DNA of 64,000 nt from Lytechinus pictus (taxonomy: Eukaryota): positions 33,792,001-33,856,000 of the forward strand of contig NC_087245.1 in the NCBI RefSeq assembly GCF_037042905.1, read 5' to 3'. The notes beneath the pieces are model-generated. The model was not told the DNA's origin. It did not search any database and worked only from the letters and a program-made list of their open reading frames with translations. The position numbers and the translations under genes are program-made. Position 1 is the stretch's first letter, and every line of letters starts with the position of its first letter. Positions 1 through 13,243 of the stretch are shown here, piece after piece.

Positions 1-219
1 CACATGTATATATGGTTTTCTTTCGGCACTATTGCTTTTATAGGGGAAATAAATTAGTTCAAATTAGGCTTAGGCTCATAGTTGATTCATTTGAATAAAC
101 TTACGGTGGACATCACCTTTAATTATAACTACCTCACAGCTCCCACATGATCTGATGGACTCGGCGACTATTTAGTGGTAATAGAATATTATGAAATAAG
201 GACCATTATATTTGCTTAC

Positions 220-330
220 CTCTGAGAAGTGACTCCTTATTTTGAAGGTAGTGGTTTGGGCGCAAGATTGATAATTCGTTAATGATGAAAACCAGTCCTT
301 AGCTCCAGATGAGCGACGTTGCTTTGATTT
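220..330 (-). CDS. Exon B of the VPS9-domain gene, left copy (KSKQRRSSGAKDWFSSLTNYQSCAQTTTFKIRSHFSE)
   Basis: CTAG acceptor and GTAAGC donor; 111 nt, phase 0-0, open; paralogous to 46675-46785. Confidence 0.75.
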
Positions 331-571
331 CTAGTATAAGCATATATAATTAGGAAACATCACTCTTATTCAATAATATACACATTTTCATTTACTGTAA
401 GAATTTAAAAAATGTAGTCATAGTCTGAAAAAAGTCTTAAAGTTGGAAAATGTTTTCATTAAAAGATTAGTAAGTTGCGCTTTCAAGTGAAAGTTTTGAT
501 TGTTGCAGGTGCTACATGTTATTTAAAAATGGCCCTTTCATCTAGTTATTTTTACCTACATTGTTTTGAAC

Positions 572-927
572 AATAATAGTAATAATAATAATCCGCGTTT
601 ATATAGCGCTTAACACATCGGAACGACGTCACTAATCGCTTTGCAGAAATATTATTATCACCCCGGTCATCGGATCCTTGCATGCCCGCATACAATGTAT
701 GTACCTTCTCCACTCCCTGGGGAGCATTCCAACAAGAGTTCCAAGACCAATTGCTAAGCGTACTACATAGGCTTTCACATTATACCAGGTACCCATTTAA
801 CACCTGGGTGGAGAGTGGCAAATTGTAGATTGACGCCATGCCAAAGGACGCTAGGCCAAGGTGGGATTCGAACTCACGACCCTCTGATTACAAGGCAAGA
901 GTCAGAACCGCTACACCACGGCGCTTC
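572..927 (-). mobile_element. tRNA-derived SINE
   Basis: Head with A box TGGTGTAGCGG and B box GAGTTCGAATC; central CTCTCCACCCAGGTGTTAAATGGGTACC block; LINE-type 3' end AAGCGCTATATAAACGCGG followed by (ATT)n; paralog at 47026-47383. Confidence 0.85.
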
Positions 928-1005
928 CAAAGAGTGCATTTTCATGAAAGCTGTTGTAAATTTTAGAATTAAAATGCATTGTATTTCTTCCATTTTTCCT
1001 TCTCA

Positions 1006-1490
1006 AAGGAAAAGGAACGAAGGGGGAGAAAGGGAAGGGAAAAGGGAAAGGGAGAGAAAAGGATAAGGGAAGAAAGGAGCGGAACAAGAAGAAAAGGTAG
1101 GAGAGGAAAAGGGAAAAGAAAAGGAACGAAAGGGAAGGGAGAAAAAAGAGAAAAATATAAAAGGAAAGGAAGGGAAATGCGAGAGAAAAACAGAAGAAAA
1201 ACAAGGGGAAAAGAGAGAAAGAAAAAAAGGGGAGAGAAAAAGAGAAGGATATAGCGAAAAAGTGAAGAGAGAGAAGAACATTTTAAGGCGAGAGAAGGTA
1301 GAGGAGAGAGAAAAGGAAGGGAAAAGAAGAGAAGGAAATGAAAGAAAAGGGAAAGGGGAAGGAATGGATACGATTAGAAAAAGGGAGAAGAAAGGGGACG
1401 AAAAAATAGAAAGTGAAGGAAAAAATAGGAATGGGATAGGAAAAAAGGGGAAAGCGACAAATAAAGATGGGAAGAAAGAGGCCCAAGGAG
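1006..1490. repeat. Polypurine (GA-rich) low-complexity tract
   Basis: Almost pure A/G; gives spurious K/R/E/G and F/S/L ORFs; paralog 47447-47955. Confidence 0.9.
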
Positions 1491-1559
1491 AAGTGGACCC
1501 CCCCAAAAAAAAAAGTTTTTCTTTTAGTGATGAGCTCTTGCTTCTGCTTTTTTCCAATC

Positions 1560-1715
1560 TGTTGAATGGAAACTCGAAATGTAGACTTGAAACTCAAACT
1601 GTTGACTTGAAACTCCAAAGTTAGACTTGAAACTCGAACTGTTGACTTGAATCTCGAAATTTAGACTTGAAACTCGAACTTTTGACTTGAAACTCAAAAT
1701 GCAGACTCGAAACGC
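1560..1715. repeat. Minisatellite with ~20-bp unit GACTTGAAACTCGAA(CTGTT/ATTTA)
   Basis: About 7-8 degenerate tandem copies; paralog 47989-48140. Confidence 0.85.
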
Positions 1716-1756
1716 GAAGAAATATAACACTTTCAGAACTGAATCACCCAACTTAC

Positions 1757-1932
1757 CAGCCTTGGTCTCGGTGCAGTATGTTCGGATAAAAAGTTTATTG
1801 AGGTTTGATTGCATGTATCCAGCACTTCAAGAATCAGAGAATGATGTGCCATCTTCATGGTGATATCGCTCTGCAATTTCTTCAACAAAGTGAAAAAATA
1901 AGAGATAGGTTTGGCTTTTGAGCTTACAGTTT
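1757..1932 (-). CDS. Exon A of the VPS9-domain gene, left copy (TVSSKAKPISYFFTLLKKLQSDITMKMAHHSLILEVLDTCNQTSINFLSEHTAPRPRL)
   Basis: TTCAG acceptor and GTAAGT donor; 176 nt, phase 1-0; differences from the paralog are synonymous (TTA/CTC, ACC/ACG) or conservative (I/V, F/Y, L/V) in this frame. Confidence 0.75.
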
Positions 1933-2457
1933 CTGAAGATTCAAATTCACGTGTTTGGAAAATGAAAACAAATTAATTTCAGCGATTATCTGAGTCTTAA
2001 TTGTTATTCAGAGGTCCGATTTAAACCAGGTTTTTGCGATGCCTGTCTATCTGAGTCAAAATTGATAAAATGATTTGTATTAGGTTGCTTTATCCTAATG
2101 AAACTATCGATTCAGCTTTTGTAACAACATATTACACCTATAATTCATAGCAACCACATAATTTATGTAGTAATTATAAAAATAATTTGAGAGCTGGTAC
2201 GATATGATGGAACTTCGCCTTTTTGTATGAGAGATTTTATAGGCCTTAAGTGTAAGTGTATTATGTAGGCATGGGGGGATGGGAGGGAGAGGACTTGTCT
2301 CGGTATGAAGTACTATACTGTCGAAATCTGTGGGGGAGGCCCTATATCCCTACGAATTAGTCAACTGCTGTGCATACCCGAGTATAAAAACATGAGTTTG
2401 GATTTCAAAAAGAACAATGATATTGATAATCCATGCGGCCCCACCAATAAATATACA

Positions 2458-2544
<87 letters not shown>

Positions 2545-2554
2545 GAGTATTTTG

Positions 2555-2588
<34 letters not shown>

Positions 2589-5146
2589 TCTCACACACAC
2601 ACACACCCTCACACACAAACAAACAAATATAATACAAATATACAAATATACAGTTTCAAAGCGCTAAGAAAGAAGGGGGAAAATACAAGATATCTCAGAA
2701 AAACAACAGCAAAGGAACCGAAAGTGAAAACACCATTACGAACAATTAATTATACGTACAAATAAAGAGATAATCGGTGAATACACAACTTAAATATAAC
2801 GGGTCGATAATCATGTATGTAGATTTAAATAATCCTAATAACTAAGCTTACAATCCGACTTAAAAAATCTAAACACAATATGATAATGCAAATTAACTAA
2901 GGGGGATAATTTCATACATAACACAAAAGAAGCGAAAAATAGGCAAGTGAAACTTATTAAAAGAGGTGGGTTTTAAGGAGGGACTTAAACAGTTCTAACG
3001 ATGATGCCTCACGTACATTAATGGGAAGATTGTTCCAGAGCTTCGGGGCAATAACTGAGAAGGATCTGTCACCGTAGTTGGTTTTAGTTCTTGGTCCGGT
3101 CAGCAGTTGAAGATGTGCAGTGGTGCGGGAGCGGAGACGTCTGGATGCGGATGAAACTGATGAGGATCGGAGGGAGACGAGGTTCTGTAGATAAGAGGGA
3201 GCTTGATTATGGATACACTTGTAGACTAGAAGGAGAATTTTGTAGACAATGCGTTGCTGAACTGTTAACCGATGTAGAGAATTCATGATTGGGGTGATGT
3301 GTTCTGGATCCATTAAAGGGGAGCAATATGGGATTGGGGAAGACCGGCTAGGAGGCTATTACAGTAATCCAGATGGGGAGAAACAAATGCATGGATGAGC
3401 TTTTCAGTAGATGTAGAGTTGAGGTACTTGCGGATTCGGCCAATCCTAGCTATACCCCTAGAAGCAGTCCTGCACTTGTTGCAGATGTGTTGTGCAAGAG
3501 AAAGGTGATTGTCTAAGATCACACCGAGATCACAGACAAAATCCGAATTCTGAACGCACGTTCCAGACAGATCAAGGGGAGAGAGATCACCACGCTGCTG
3601 CCTGAACCGGGATGATATATGCAGCATTTCAGTCTTTGCTTCGTTGAGCTTCAAGTTGGTGATTACGGACCAAGACTTGATATCACGTAAACACTCTGTG
3701 AGTCTATATATGGCACCATTTCTGTCGTCGTCATCTGCTCTCATAACAAGATACTCATCAGCATACATAACGTGATGTATGCCATGATGGAAAGCAATCA
3801 CATCGCAAAGAGGTCCAGTGTAGAGGGTGAAAAGCAAAGGGCCCACAACCGACCCTTGTGGCACACCCCATCGGAGAGGGAATGTCTGTTACAAAGAACC
3901 CCTTACTGTTACTTTCTGGAGACGATCACACAAATAAGACTTAGTCCACCCAAGCGCATAATCCCTTTATGCCATAAGTGGTTTCAAGTCGCTTGAGTGT
4001 TTTGTGATCCAGGCAGTCGAATGCAGACGAGAAGTCTAATAGTACCAGACATGCTTCAAGTCCATTGTCAGCTGCTAACAAGAGATCCTTTGCAACCTTT
4101 AACAAGGCTGTTTCAGTCGAATGATGGTGCCGGTAGGCCGACTGGTTTGCTGGAAACAAGTCATTGGACTCCAGGTGAGACCTAAGCTGCATGGACACAA
4201 TCCTCTCTAGAACCTTGCCAAGGAATGGGAGGTTGGCGATTGGTCTGTAATTCTTGAAGTCGTTCCTGTCGAGTGATGACTTCTTCAGGAGAGGTGATTG
4301 AGGTTTTCAGTGCTTCAGGAACTTCGCCAGACATGAGGGGAAAATTAATTGTTGACGTAATGATAGGCAGGAGGTCGTCTAGACAGATTTTTACAAGCCA
4401 CGTTGGCAACGGATCCAGGCTGCATGACTTAGGCTTGAGTGACTCAACGAGTTTCTTCACTTGATTCAAGGAAACTGGTTTAAATGCTGAGAAACATTTG
4501 CCTGGTTCCAGGTCACGAGCTCGACTGGCAGCTGGCGGAAACCGAGAGCATGCTGCTGAAGACTGAACTCCAGACACAATGCTAGCAATTTTGTCCATTG
4601 AAGTAGTTGCCAAATTCATTGGCCAGTGCCACATCATTCCGATGCTCAGGTAGGAAAGTTTCCTGGCTAGAAGGAGACGTAAGTCTTTTAAAAATACGGA
4701 AAAGCTATTTGGTGTCTGCCTCTGTAATCTCAGCATTGAAGTATAGATTTGGCTTCCTGTAACGTCGTGTTATAAGCCAAACAACTTTGCTGATACAGCT
4801 GTCTGTCGATGGAAAGACCAGAACTCTTCATTCGCCGTTCTGCCTGGCGTCGGATTGTCTTAGCCTCTCTCAACTCATCTGTGTACCATGGAGCAGAAGG
4901 CCTAATTGTGATAGTCTTGCTCTTCATCGGCGCATGTTTGTCGATGAGTTGACTCAGGGTTCGTTGTAGATACCAACCGCTTCAGAAGAGTGTCCCGGTG
5001 TAGACGTTGCTAAAGAAGAATTACGAATATCTTCTGTAAAGGCAGCAATATCAATGTTCCGAAGTTGTCTATACTGCACAAGTTTCTTTGGGTTCTTGGT
5101 CGCTGCAAGATTCACGTCAGCAACGATGGCTGAATGATCGAAAGGA

Positions 5147-5390
5147 TTGATTGATTGATTGATTTTATTCGTCAAAAATATCACAGGAGATTACAATGAA
5201 ATTGAGGAAATACCTTGACAGGATAGCCCATGAAAGCCGAAAGGCTTATTTCCAATGGGGTCCTATAGTAAGTATAAAACATTAACATATTGTAACAAAA
5301 AATATAAAATACGACAAGTACTGGAATATTGGGGGGGGAAAATAAAATACATACAAACATATCCATCAGTCATATAATTTGCAAACATCT
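5147..5390 (-). mobile_element. 3' UTR fragment of another LINE inserted in the L2
   Basis: (ATCA)n tail and AATAAA; absent from the duplicate EN copy, where GAAGGATACCCAG at 6538-6550 is uninterrupted. Confidence 0.7.
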
Positions 5391-6016
5391 GAAGATACCC
5401 AGACATTATACATGTTATACGAACAGATGAAATGATATCGTCTATTCTTTTTGTCAGGATCAAGTCCAACGTGTGACCACCCCGATGGGTCGGCCCATTC
5501 ACGTGTTGAAAGAAGCCCAACGAATCGATGGAGTATATGAAGGACTTGGCCTGGGAGTCGTTCACATCGTCAATGTGGATGTTGAAATCAAGAATTATGG
5601 GCATATTTTCTGAAATTCCTGCAGTCTCAAGAAGGGTAAGAAACTCCTTCAGGAATATACTAAAGGTGAACTTGTTGCGTGCTGAAGGTGGAGGCCTGTA
5701 TACTGCATAGCATCTCAAAACTGATCCTACGAAGAATCGGATAGTAACATCCATGAGTTCAAAAAATTTAAATCAGTCCTATTATTCAAGGTCACTGTCA
5801 CCGAAGAGCGATACAAAATGCAGATCCCACCTCCTTTGGTTTCAAGGCGAGGGCAATGCAGAAAATTATAATTCGGAAGTGTGGACTTGATATCACCGAT
5901 AACCAGATCATCTCTTTGGTTTCCTGATAACCAAGATTCTGTCAGGAATAGGACATCCAATTCATTGTCCATCATCATATCACATATACTTGTAGTCTTA
6001 TTTGACATGGAACGAG

Positions 6017-6330
6017 CATTTTGTTTTGCAAGGGTTTCGCCGCCGTTACCCAGATGTTCGGTGTCCCAGCAGAAAGACTGTTCTCCGGAATGTTCAGAAA
6101 TATCACCGAACAGGAACGAGTACCAACCTCAACGCAGTAATTGTGTGCTTGTGTGTCTGTGTGCGTGTGTGTGCGTGTGCTTGTGTGTGCATGTTTGAGT
6201 GGGTCTGCCAGTGCGTGTGTGTTTGTGTGTGCGTACGTGTGTGTGTGTGTGTTTCAGTCTGTCGGACTGTCTTTGTTCAAAAGAGTGTTTTATTCCCCAC
6301 CCTGTAACTTGGCGCAAGTGAGATCTGACA
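6017..6330 (+). mobile_element. Fragment of an IS630/Tc1-type transposon (N-terminal HTH, DUF4817-like) with its terminal repeat
   Basis: Translation [33 protein letters not shown], then (TG)n and AACTTGGCGCAAGTGAGATCTGAC, which resembles the TIR of 45826-46291. Confidence 0.6.
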
Positions 6331-7640
6331 GTCTTCTAAAGATTGTCCGCTGTTCAGTCATGCGTGCAGGGGATCAAATGAAAAAGGTACCTGAATGTAC
6401 TGGGAGGATACCTCTATCAAGACATATCATGAAACTAATGATTAAATATTCATATTTTAAACAATTCAACTTTACAAAAGTGGGACATTTTCTTGGTCGC
6501 GGCAAGATTCACGTCAGCAACGATGACTGAACGATCGGAAGGATACCCAGACATTATACATGTTATACGAACAGATGAAATGATATCGTCTATTCTTCTT
6601 GTCAGGATCAAGTCCAACGTGTGACCACCCCGATGGGTCGGCCCATTCACGTGTTGAAAGAAGCTCAACGAATCGATGGAGTATATGAAGGACTTGGCCT
6701 GGGAGTCGTTCACATCGTCAATGTGGATGTTGAAATCAAGAATTATGGGTATATTTTCTGAAATTCCTGCAGTCTCAAGAAGGGTAAGAAACTCCTTCAG
6801 GAACATACTAAAGGTGAACTTGTTGCGTGCTGAAGATGGAGGCCTGTATTCTGCATAGCATCTCAAAACTGATCCTACGGAGAATCGGATAGTAACATCC
6901 ATGAGTTCAAAACTTTTAAAATCAGTCCTATTATTCAAGGTCACTGTCACCGAAGAGCGATACAAAATGCAGATCCCACCTCCTTTGGTTTCAAGGCGAG
7001 GGCAATGCAGAAAATTATAATTCGGAAGTGTGGACTTGATATCACCGATAACCAGATCATCTCTTTGGTTTCCTGATAACCAATATTCTGTCAGGACAAG
7101 GACATCCAATTCATTGTCCATAATCATATCACATATACTTGTAGTCTTATTTGACATGGAATGAGCATTCAAAACGCCAATATGTGAATAGCTTTGCTTA
7201 TAAGGACGAGGGAATCCAACAGGAGATCGCCGACGGACATAATGATCACTTGGATGAGTAGGAGTTTCAATCCAAAACGTTTCAACACGGGGAATTGCAA
7301 ACTTTCTAGCGGTGCGTCCACCTCGTGTACCCCTTTTAGTTTACGGGCGATGTCCCAAGTTTCCAATAGATCCCATTCATCGCGAGAGAATGGCATTAGA
7401 CGACCATGACATTGGGAAGAAACGCTCTGTCCAATACTCAATAGCTCTTCGCGAGAGTAGTTAATCCTTGTCATGGTGTATGAACACAGCATAAATCACG
7501 GCAAGGGTGTATAAGACATAACAATCAAATTTGATGAAAATGGACCCTAACCCCTTTTGCAAGTGAGATCTTCATATATACATATATATATATGTACATA
7601 TATACATATATATATATGCATATATATATATATGTATATA

Positions 7641-9455
7641 CAGTGCGTCCCAAAAAAAACTATACACTTTTGAAATGGCTGCCAAATAAAAGATTTAGCA
7701 CTTTGGGGTAAAAGACTTATAGATATGGAAAGCCAATATAGTCAACTTTCAAATGACACCAAAAAGTTGAAAAACTATTCATGCTTGAGCGAGTACTGCC
7801 CACTGAAACAAAGGGTATGAAAATTAGGGTGGGCCGGAATTAGCCTTCCAATTTCTCTCAGGTTTTTTTGTTTGATACTTGCAAAGTTGAGGGTTATTTG
7901 GTGAATAAGAGATCAGATGTGATCAGATTGTTGTTTGTGAAAATGTAGTGCATTATTAAATTGAAATGTAATGCATGAGTGATCATGAATTGCAATTTTT
8001 AGTGCGGCATTTTGTCTTTATCATGTGGATCTCAACAATGTATTCATGACAGTCAGAAGAGGGGGGTAATATGACTTACATGTAGGTAGGTGAAGTACGT
8101 TGATGGTATAACGGTCAACAGAACATTTAGCAACCCCTCCCTCCATCTCTACCCCCTCCCCCCACTTCTTGAGAGACTAAGCTTGACTAGGCTGGGCAGG
8201 AATTAGCCTTACAATTTTTTTGAGAGGTTAGTCCTTTGGAACTTACAAAGCTAAGGGTGTTCTGCTATTTATGAGTGAGATAAGGTTTGGTTTCTTAGGC
8301 AAATTTCATTAGTTACTAAATTGAAATGTTATGCATGAGTGAACAGGAATTGTAATTTTAGTGTAGCATATTCATCTTGTGGACCTCAGAAGTGTATTCG
8401 TGAGAGTCAGATTAATGTGATGGTACATGTTACAAGCAACAGGCCGAGATATGCTAACTTGCTAAGACTTGGTTAAAAGGGCATTCCTCTTCATTTTGTC
8501 CTTTTACAAATTAAAAGTCATATGTACCCTCCCCTCTCCACCTCCATTTCCCAGCCCCCCCCTCTCTCTCTCTCTTTCTCTGTCTCATTTCATGGATTGT
8601 AGCCTATTCAAAACTTAACTGCCAAGTGACCGGTGGCTGATGGTCAGTTTTTTTTATTTAATGATTACCAAGAAATTTAATGATTATGGTGATTAATGAA
8701 GTAATTTATTGAAAAAACGAATGTTTGATTGGTCACATTGCACATTGAATGAGTTGATTTACTGATGAATTGTTGATTGAATGATTGATAGGAAAAAGTT
8801 GATGCCCCAATTCAGAATTAATCATTAAATCAACATTCTGCTCTGGACTTCACTTGTACATGACAATAGCCATCAGTCTCTCAACAGGAGGTGAGGGCGG
8901 GAAAGAGGGAGGGGGCGGGGGCTGAATGTTCTGTTGACCCTTGTTCCATCAACCTACTTCTCCCACTTAAGTCCTATCCCCCCCTATTCTTCCGACACCC
9001 ATGAACACATTGCTGATATCCACATAATAAAGTTGAAATGCTGCCCCAAAAGAGATCCAAATGATAAAGTTGAAATGCTGCCCAGAAAGTGTAATTTATG
9101 TTCACTCATGCATTAAAGTTCAATTTAATAATTTAAAAAAATTGCTTAAGCAACCAAAACTGGTCACGGTTGATCATTAATTTATCACAACGCCCTTAAC
9201 TTTGCAAGTTCGAAAGGATTTGCCTCTCAAAAACTGACATAAGTTGGAAGGCTAATTCCAGCCCACCCTAATTTTCATACCCTTTGTTTCAGTGGGCAGT
9301 GCTCGCTCAAGCATGAATAGTTTTCCAACTTTTTGGTGTTATTTAAAAGTTGACTTTATTGGCTTTCTATATATGTAAGTCTTTTTCCCCCAAAGTGCTA
9401 CATTTTTTATTTGGCAGCCATTTCAAAAGTGTATAGTTTTTTTTGGGACGCACTG
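7641..9455. mobile_element. Non-autonomous Tc1/mariner-type element
   Basis: TIRs of about 200 bp starting CAGTGCGTCCCAAAAAAAACTATACACTTTTGAAATGG; flanked by TA inside (TA)n. Confidence 0.9.
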
Positions 9456-9479
9456 TATATATATATATATATGTATGTG

Positions 9480-12400
9480 TTCTCACTTGCAAAAGGGGTT
9501 AGGTCCATTTTCATTTAATTTGATTTTTATGTCTTAATGTATAGAGTTTTACTAGCTCTATAAGATTTTTTTCTTTTATCCTCTTAATCGAGGTATTTAT
9601 TGACAATAACATGTACATATATATACAAACATAAAAAAAAAATTAATTCACTTCAATAATGCAATAATTTTTTGAATATCACATTTTTTCAAAATTCCGA
9701 ACTTGCTTTTTTGTTTACATAAACTTTCTAAATAAATAATCATAGTAAGCTTGAATTCAATCCATAAAGAATTCGCATCATATCTTTTTCCTTTAAATAT
9801 GCTTTTTATGTAATTTCGATAAATAACAAATTGAGCAATAACACAAAATAAATTACACATAACATTGCTGGAACTTTGCAGATCATAACCTATGATTAAT
9901 GTTTTTTCATCTATAGAAATAGTAATCTTAAAAATATAAAATACCAACCTTTCTATAATCTTCCAAAAAAATCGAACATATTTACAATACAGTATGAAAT
10001 GAAAAGTGGTATCAACTTCTCCACAAATGTTACATGAGTTGTTTTCTACTACATGCCACTTAAATAAATTGTCTCTTGAGGGTAAAATCTTGTTCAAAAA
10101 TTTAAAACTAAATTGTCTAATTCTATTATCCACAATTAAATGCAACTTAAAATGAAATACATGGTTCCAACTAAAGGAAAATGGTAATGAAAAAAGATTA
10201 GACCAAAAAGAAACAATGCCTGGTTTTTCCGATACCTCCGAACATAATAAAGAATATATCTTTCTTGTTGGTAAATAATCTAGAGTTATTTGTTCTCCAC
10301 TTTTTAATGAAATTACGATTCGTTCACTTTTTTTTAATTCGAGTGGATAATTTTCCTTTAACAACTTATTCAACCAATAAACAGGAAAAGACTTTATTAA
10401 TTTAGCATATTCTTAATCAAATAAAAGCTGAGAAGAATAGACAGATTTATTTAAAATATTTGGTGCTAACCACTGACGATTTCTTATAACATCTTTTACC
10501 CTAATTATACCTGCATGCTTCCATTTCTCAAATACCAACATACGTTTATTAAAAGTAATATTGCTGTTATTCCAAATGATTTCATTTTCAATGTTTTTTA
10601 CTCCGAATATACCAATATATCTTAACTTAGACCAGCTACAAAAAAAATCATGGTAAAAACTAGGTATATTTGCTTTTGTACAAAGAAAATTCATATCTTT
10701 TGTTGATATATTGTATTCAAAACATAAAGGAATTTCACCAATCTTTGATAACCAATAATTAAAAAGAAATTTCCAACTACGTTCGCCTTGCTCTAACAAC
10801 TTGCTTATCCACGAAATCTTAAGCGATTCAATTTTCGATTCCAAGTGGACCATACCAAGACCACCTTCGTTTGTTTTATTTATACAAACATTTCTTTTAA
10901 CCTTTTCTTTTGAAGAATTCCAAATAAAAGTATATAACATTTTATTTAGAGATTTGATTACTTTCTGGGGAACTCTAATCACTTTTGCAGGATACACAAT
11001 TTGAGACAACAACAAAGTTTTGATGATAATAATTTTTCCGAAAAATGTTAGATTTCTTAGTTTCCATACTCTAATAATATTTTGTATCTTATCTAGTTTA
11101 TTTTGCCAATTATAATCTTCAACATCTTTCTCATTTTTCCCAACATATATACCTAAATATTTTATCGGTTCTTCAGTACATTCTATTTGTCCGGGGACAA
11201 TATCAATATTAAGCTTCAGCAGCTTGGTTTTTTGCAAATTAATCCTTGGCCCAGCATTTGAACCAAATAGTATTAATTCTTCCATCAAAATAGAAAGAGA
11301 ATTTTTATTTTTCATAAATATAGTTGTGTCATCTGCAAATTGGGATATTTTTACTTCTACTTGATCATCACTCATCTGCGAAATCGGTAAACTGAGACCT
11401 TCAATTTTATGATTCTGTTTAATTTTCGTCGCCAAAACTTCTGCAACAATAATAAAAAGTAGTGATGAGAGGGGGCACCCCTGCCTTACACCTCTTTTAA
11501 TTTGAAAAGTTTCAGAGATCCAGCCATGATTTAACACACGGCCTTTTGCGTTTTTATACATCGATTGAATCCACCGAATGAATGAATTTCCAAAATTTAA
11601 TCTTTTTAAAAGGTAAAATTGAAAATTATAAATTATGTTGTCATAGGCTTTTTCAAAATCCAGAAACATAATTATGCCCGGGGCTTTTATGCCCTGATAA
11701 TAATAAATTATATCTTGCACCAGACTTATATTTTCGGCTGAAGACCTTTCTCTAATAAAACCACTTTGATCGGGAGATACAATGCTCGTTATTACATTTT
11801 GTAGTCGTTTGGCAAGAACTTGTGCAAGAATTTTGTAATCAACATTTAGGATTGATATTGGTCTCCAGTTATGAATGATATTTTTATTTCCTTTTTTAAA
11901 CAATAACGCCAACATGGCCATGTTTTGACTTGGAGATAATTGCTGCTTTCTATGTCCTTCATTTAAACTGTTCATTAACATTTCTTTTAGCTTGCTCCAA
12001 AAGCATTTATAAAACTCGGCTGTGAGGCCGTCGCTACCTGCTGATGTATTATTCTGCATTCTTGACAGAGCCTCAGCACATTCCTTTTCGGTTATATCAC
12101 CTTCACAACTCGATGCTTCATTATCATTTAGGATTTGTATATTTGTATGAAATAAATATATTTCGTACTCCAAATCACTAATAGAATTAAGGTCTTTATA
12201 TAAATCATCATAATATTTACGTAATCTCTGTAATATTTTCACCTTATCGGTGATGGTTTTACCGTTGTGTTCTAGGCAATCAACTTCTTTCTTTTTTCCG
12301 TTTCTTTTTTCAAGGCCAAGAAAGTACTTTGTTCATTTTTCATCTTCCTCCATCCACTTCTCTCTCGATCTTATGTAAGCTCCTTTACATTTATAATTAT

Positions 12401-13178
12401 ACAAATCATCGATATCTTTCCTTATTTTATTGATTTCTTCGATATTTCTATCATTAGGTCTATAAGATGATACCAAAGAAAATTTAAAAGTGAACTTAAA
12501 TGGCAAAGAAAAATCTCTTTTTTTCAAAAGGGGTTAGGTCCATTTCAGTTTAGTTGCAAAAGGGGTTAGGTCCACACAGAAGTTTTTTGAAAAAGAATAT
12601 CTTAAAAAAATATGAAGACATGTAGATTTCTCTTATACCCAATTTTATGTTCTCATGGTAGGGTATCGTGAAAATTCAGTTTCGCATAAGAATATTGCAA
12701 TATGGGAGAATAAAAAAAAAGATTTTCTTGGAGTGGACCTAACCCCTTTTGCAACTAAACTCTTCTGAAAAACTCATTTGTCAAAAGGGGTTAGGTACAT
12801 TTTTCATGAATTTTATTGTTTTCTGTCTCTAAACCTCTAAATTTTTTGTCACTCTGATGAAACCAAAGACAATTTGAAATTCAAATGAAAACGTGAATGA
12901 AAGTGGCAAAGAAAATTCACCTTTTTTATCAAAAGAGATTGGATTCATTTCAGTTTACTTGCAAATGGGTTAGGTCCACAATGATAATTTTTTTGAAAAT
13001 ATATAGAAAAAATTAAAGACAGATAGATTTCTTTTATACCCAATTTTATGTTCACATGATAGGGTAGTACATCATGACAATTTAGCTTTTCATAAGAATA
13101 TTGCAATAAGTGAGAATAAAAAACATGGTTTTTCTCGGAATGGTCCGACGTGGACCTAACCCTTTTGCAACTAAACTC

Positions 13179-13182
<4 letters not shown>
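9480..13182. mobile_element. Non-autonomous DNA element with TTGCAAAAGGGGTTAGGTCC termini and internal repeats, interrupted by an L1/Tx1
   Basis: Inverted ends at 9481-9510 and 13150-13182; motif repeated at 12527-12975; another end at 7513-7573; flanked by (TA)n. Confidence 0.7.
9567..12458 (-). mobile_element. L1/Tx1-clade LINE, 5'-truncated ORF2 (RT plus C-terminal zinc finger)
   Basis: NWRPISILNVDYKIL, LDFEKAYD, GVRQGCPLSSLLF, QFADDTT, CNICGEVDTTFHFILYC; AATAAA plus A-rich tail; 10-bp TSD TCTATAAGAT (9557-9566 and 12459-12468); two in-frame stops. Confidence 0.95.

Positions 13183-13243
<61 letters not shown>

Larger units (their letters stand above)
2620..7500 (-). mobile_element. L2/CR1-group LINE, degenerate, with duplicated endonuclease region
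   Basis: APE motifs (LTESWL, GGGICILY, YRPP, DFNIH, GHTLDL); RT motifs (LLDFSSAFD, PQGSVVGPLLF, damaged YADE); C-terminal YGDRSFSVIAPKLWNNLP; N-terminal YSREELL; many frameshifts; EN region present twice (5400-6020 and 6490-7170). Confidence 0.9.

Noticed and set aside
860..927. Functional tRNA gene
   Set aside because: No acceptor-stem closure or terminator; continues into a SINE body and tail
911..1624. K/R/E/G-rich and F/S/L-rich ORFs (also 47420-48003)
   Set aside because: Translations of a polypurine tract; indels between paralogs do not preserve frame
1560..1715. CRISPR-like GACTTGAAAC repeats
   Set aside because: Head-to-tail minisatellite without unique spacers
1524..1814. ORF MQSNLNKL… as the coding frame of exon A
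   Set aside because: Splicing in this frame hits a stop in exon B; synonymous changes favour the other frame
2305..2667. YIYIYI ORFs (also 12945-13381, 51822-52134)
   Set aside because: (TA)n microsatellite read-through
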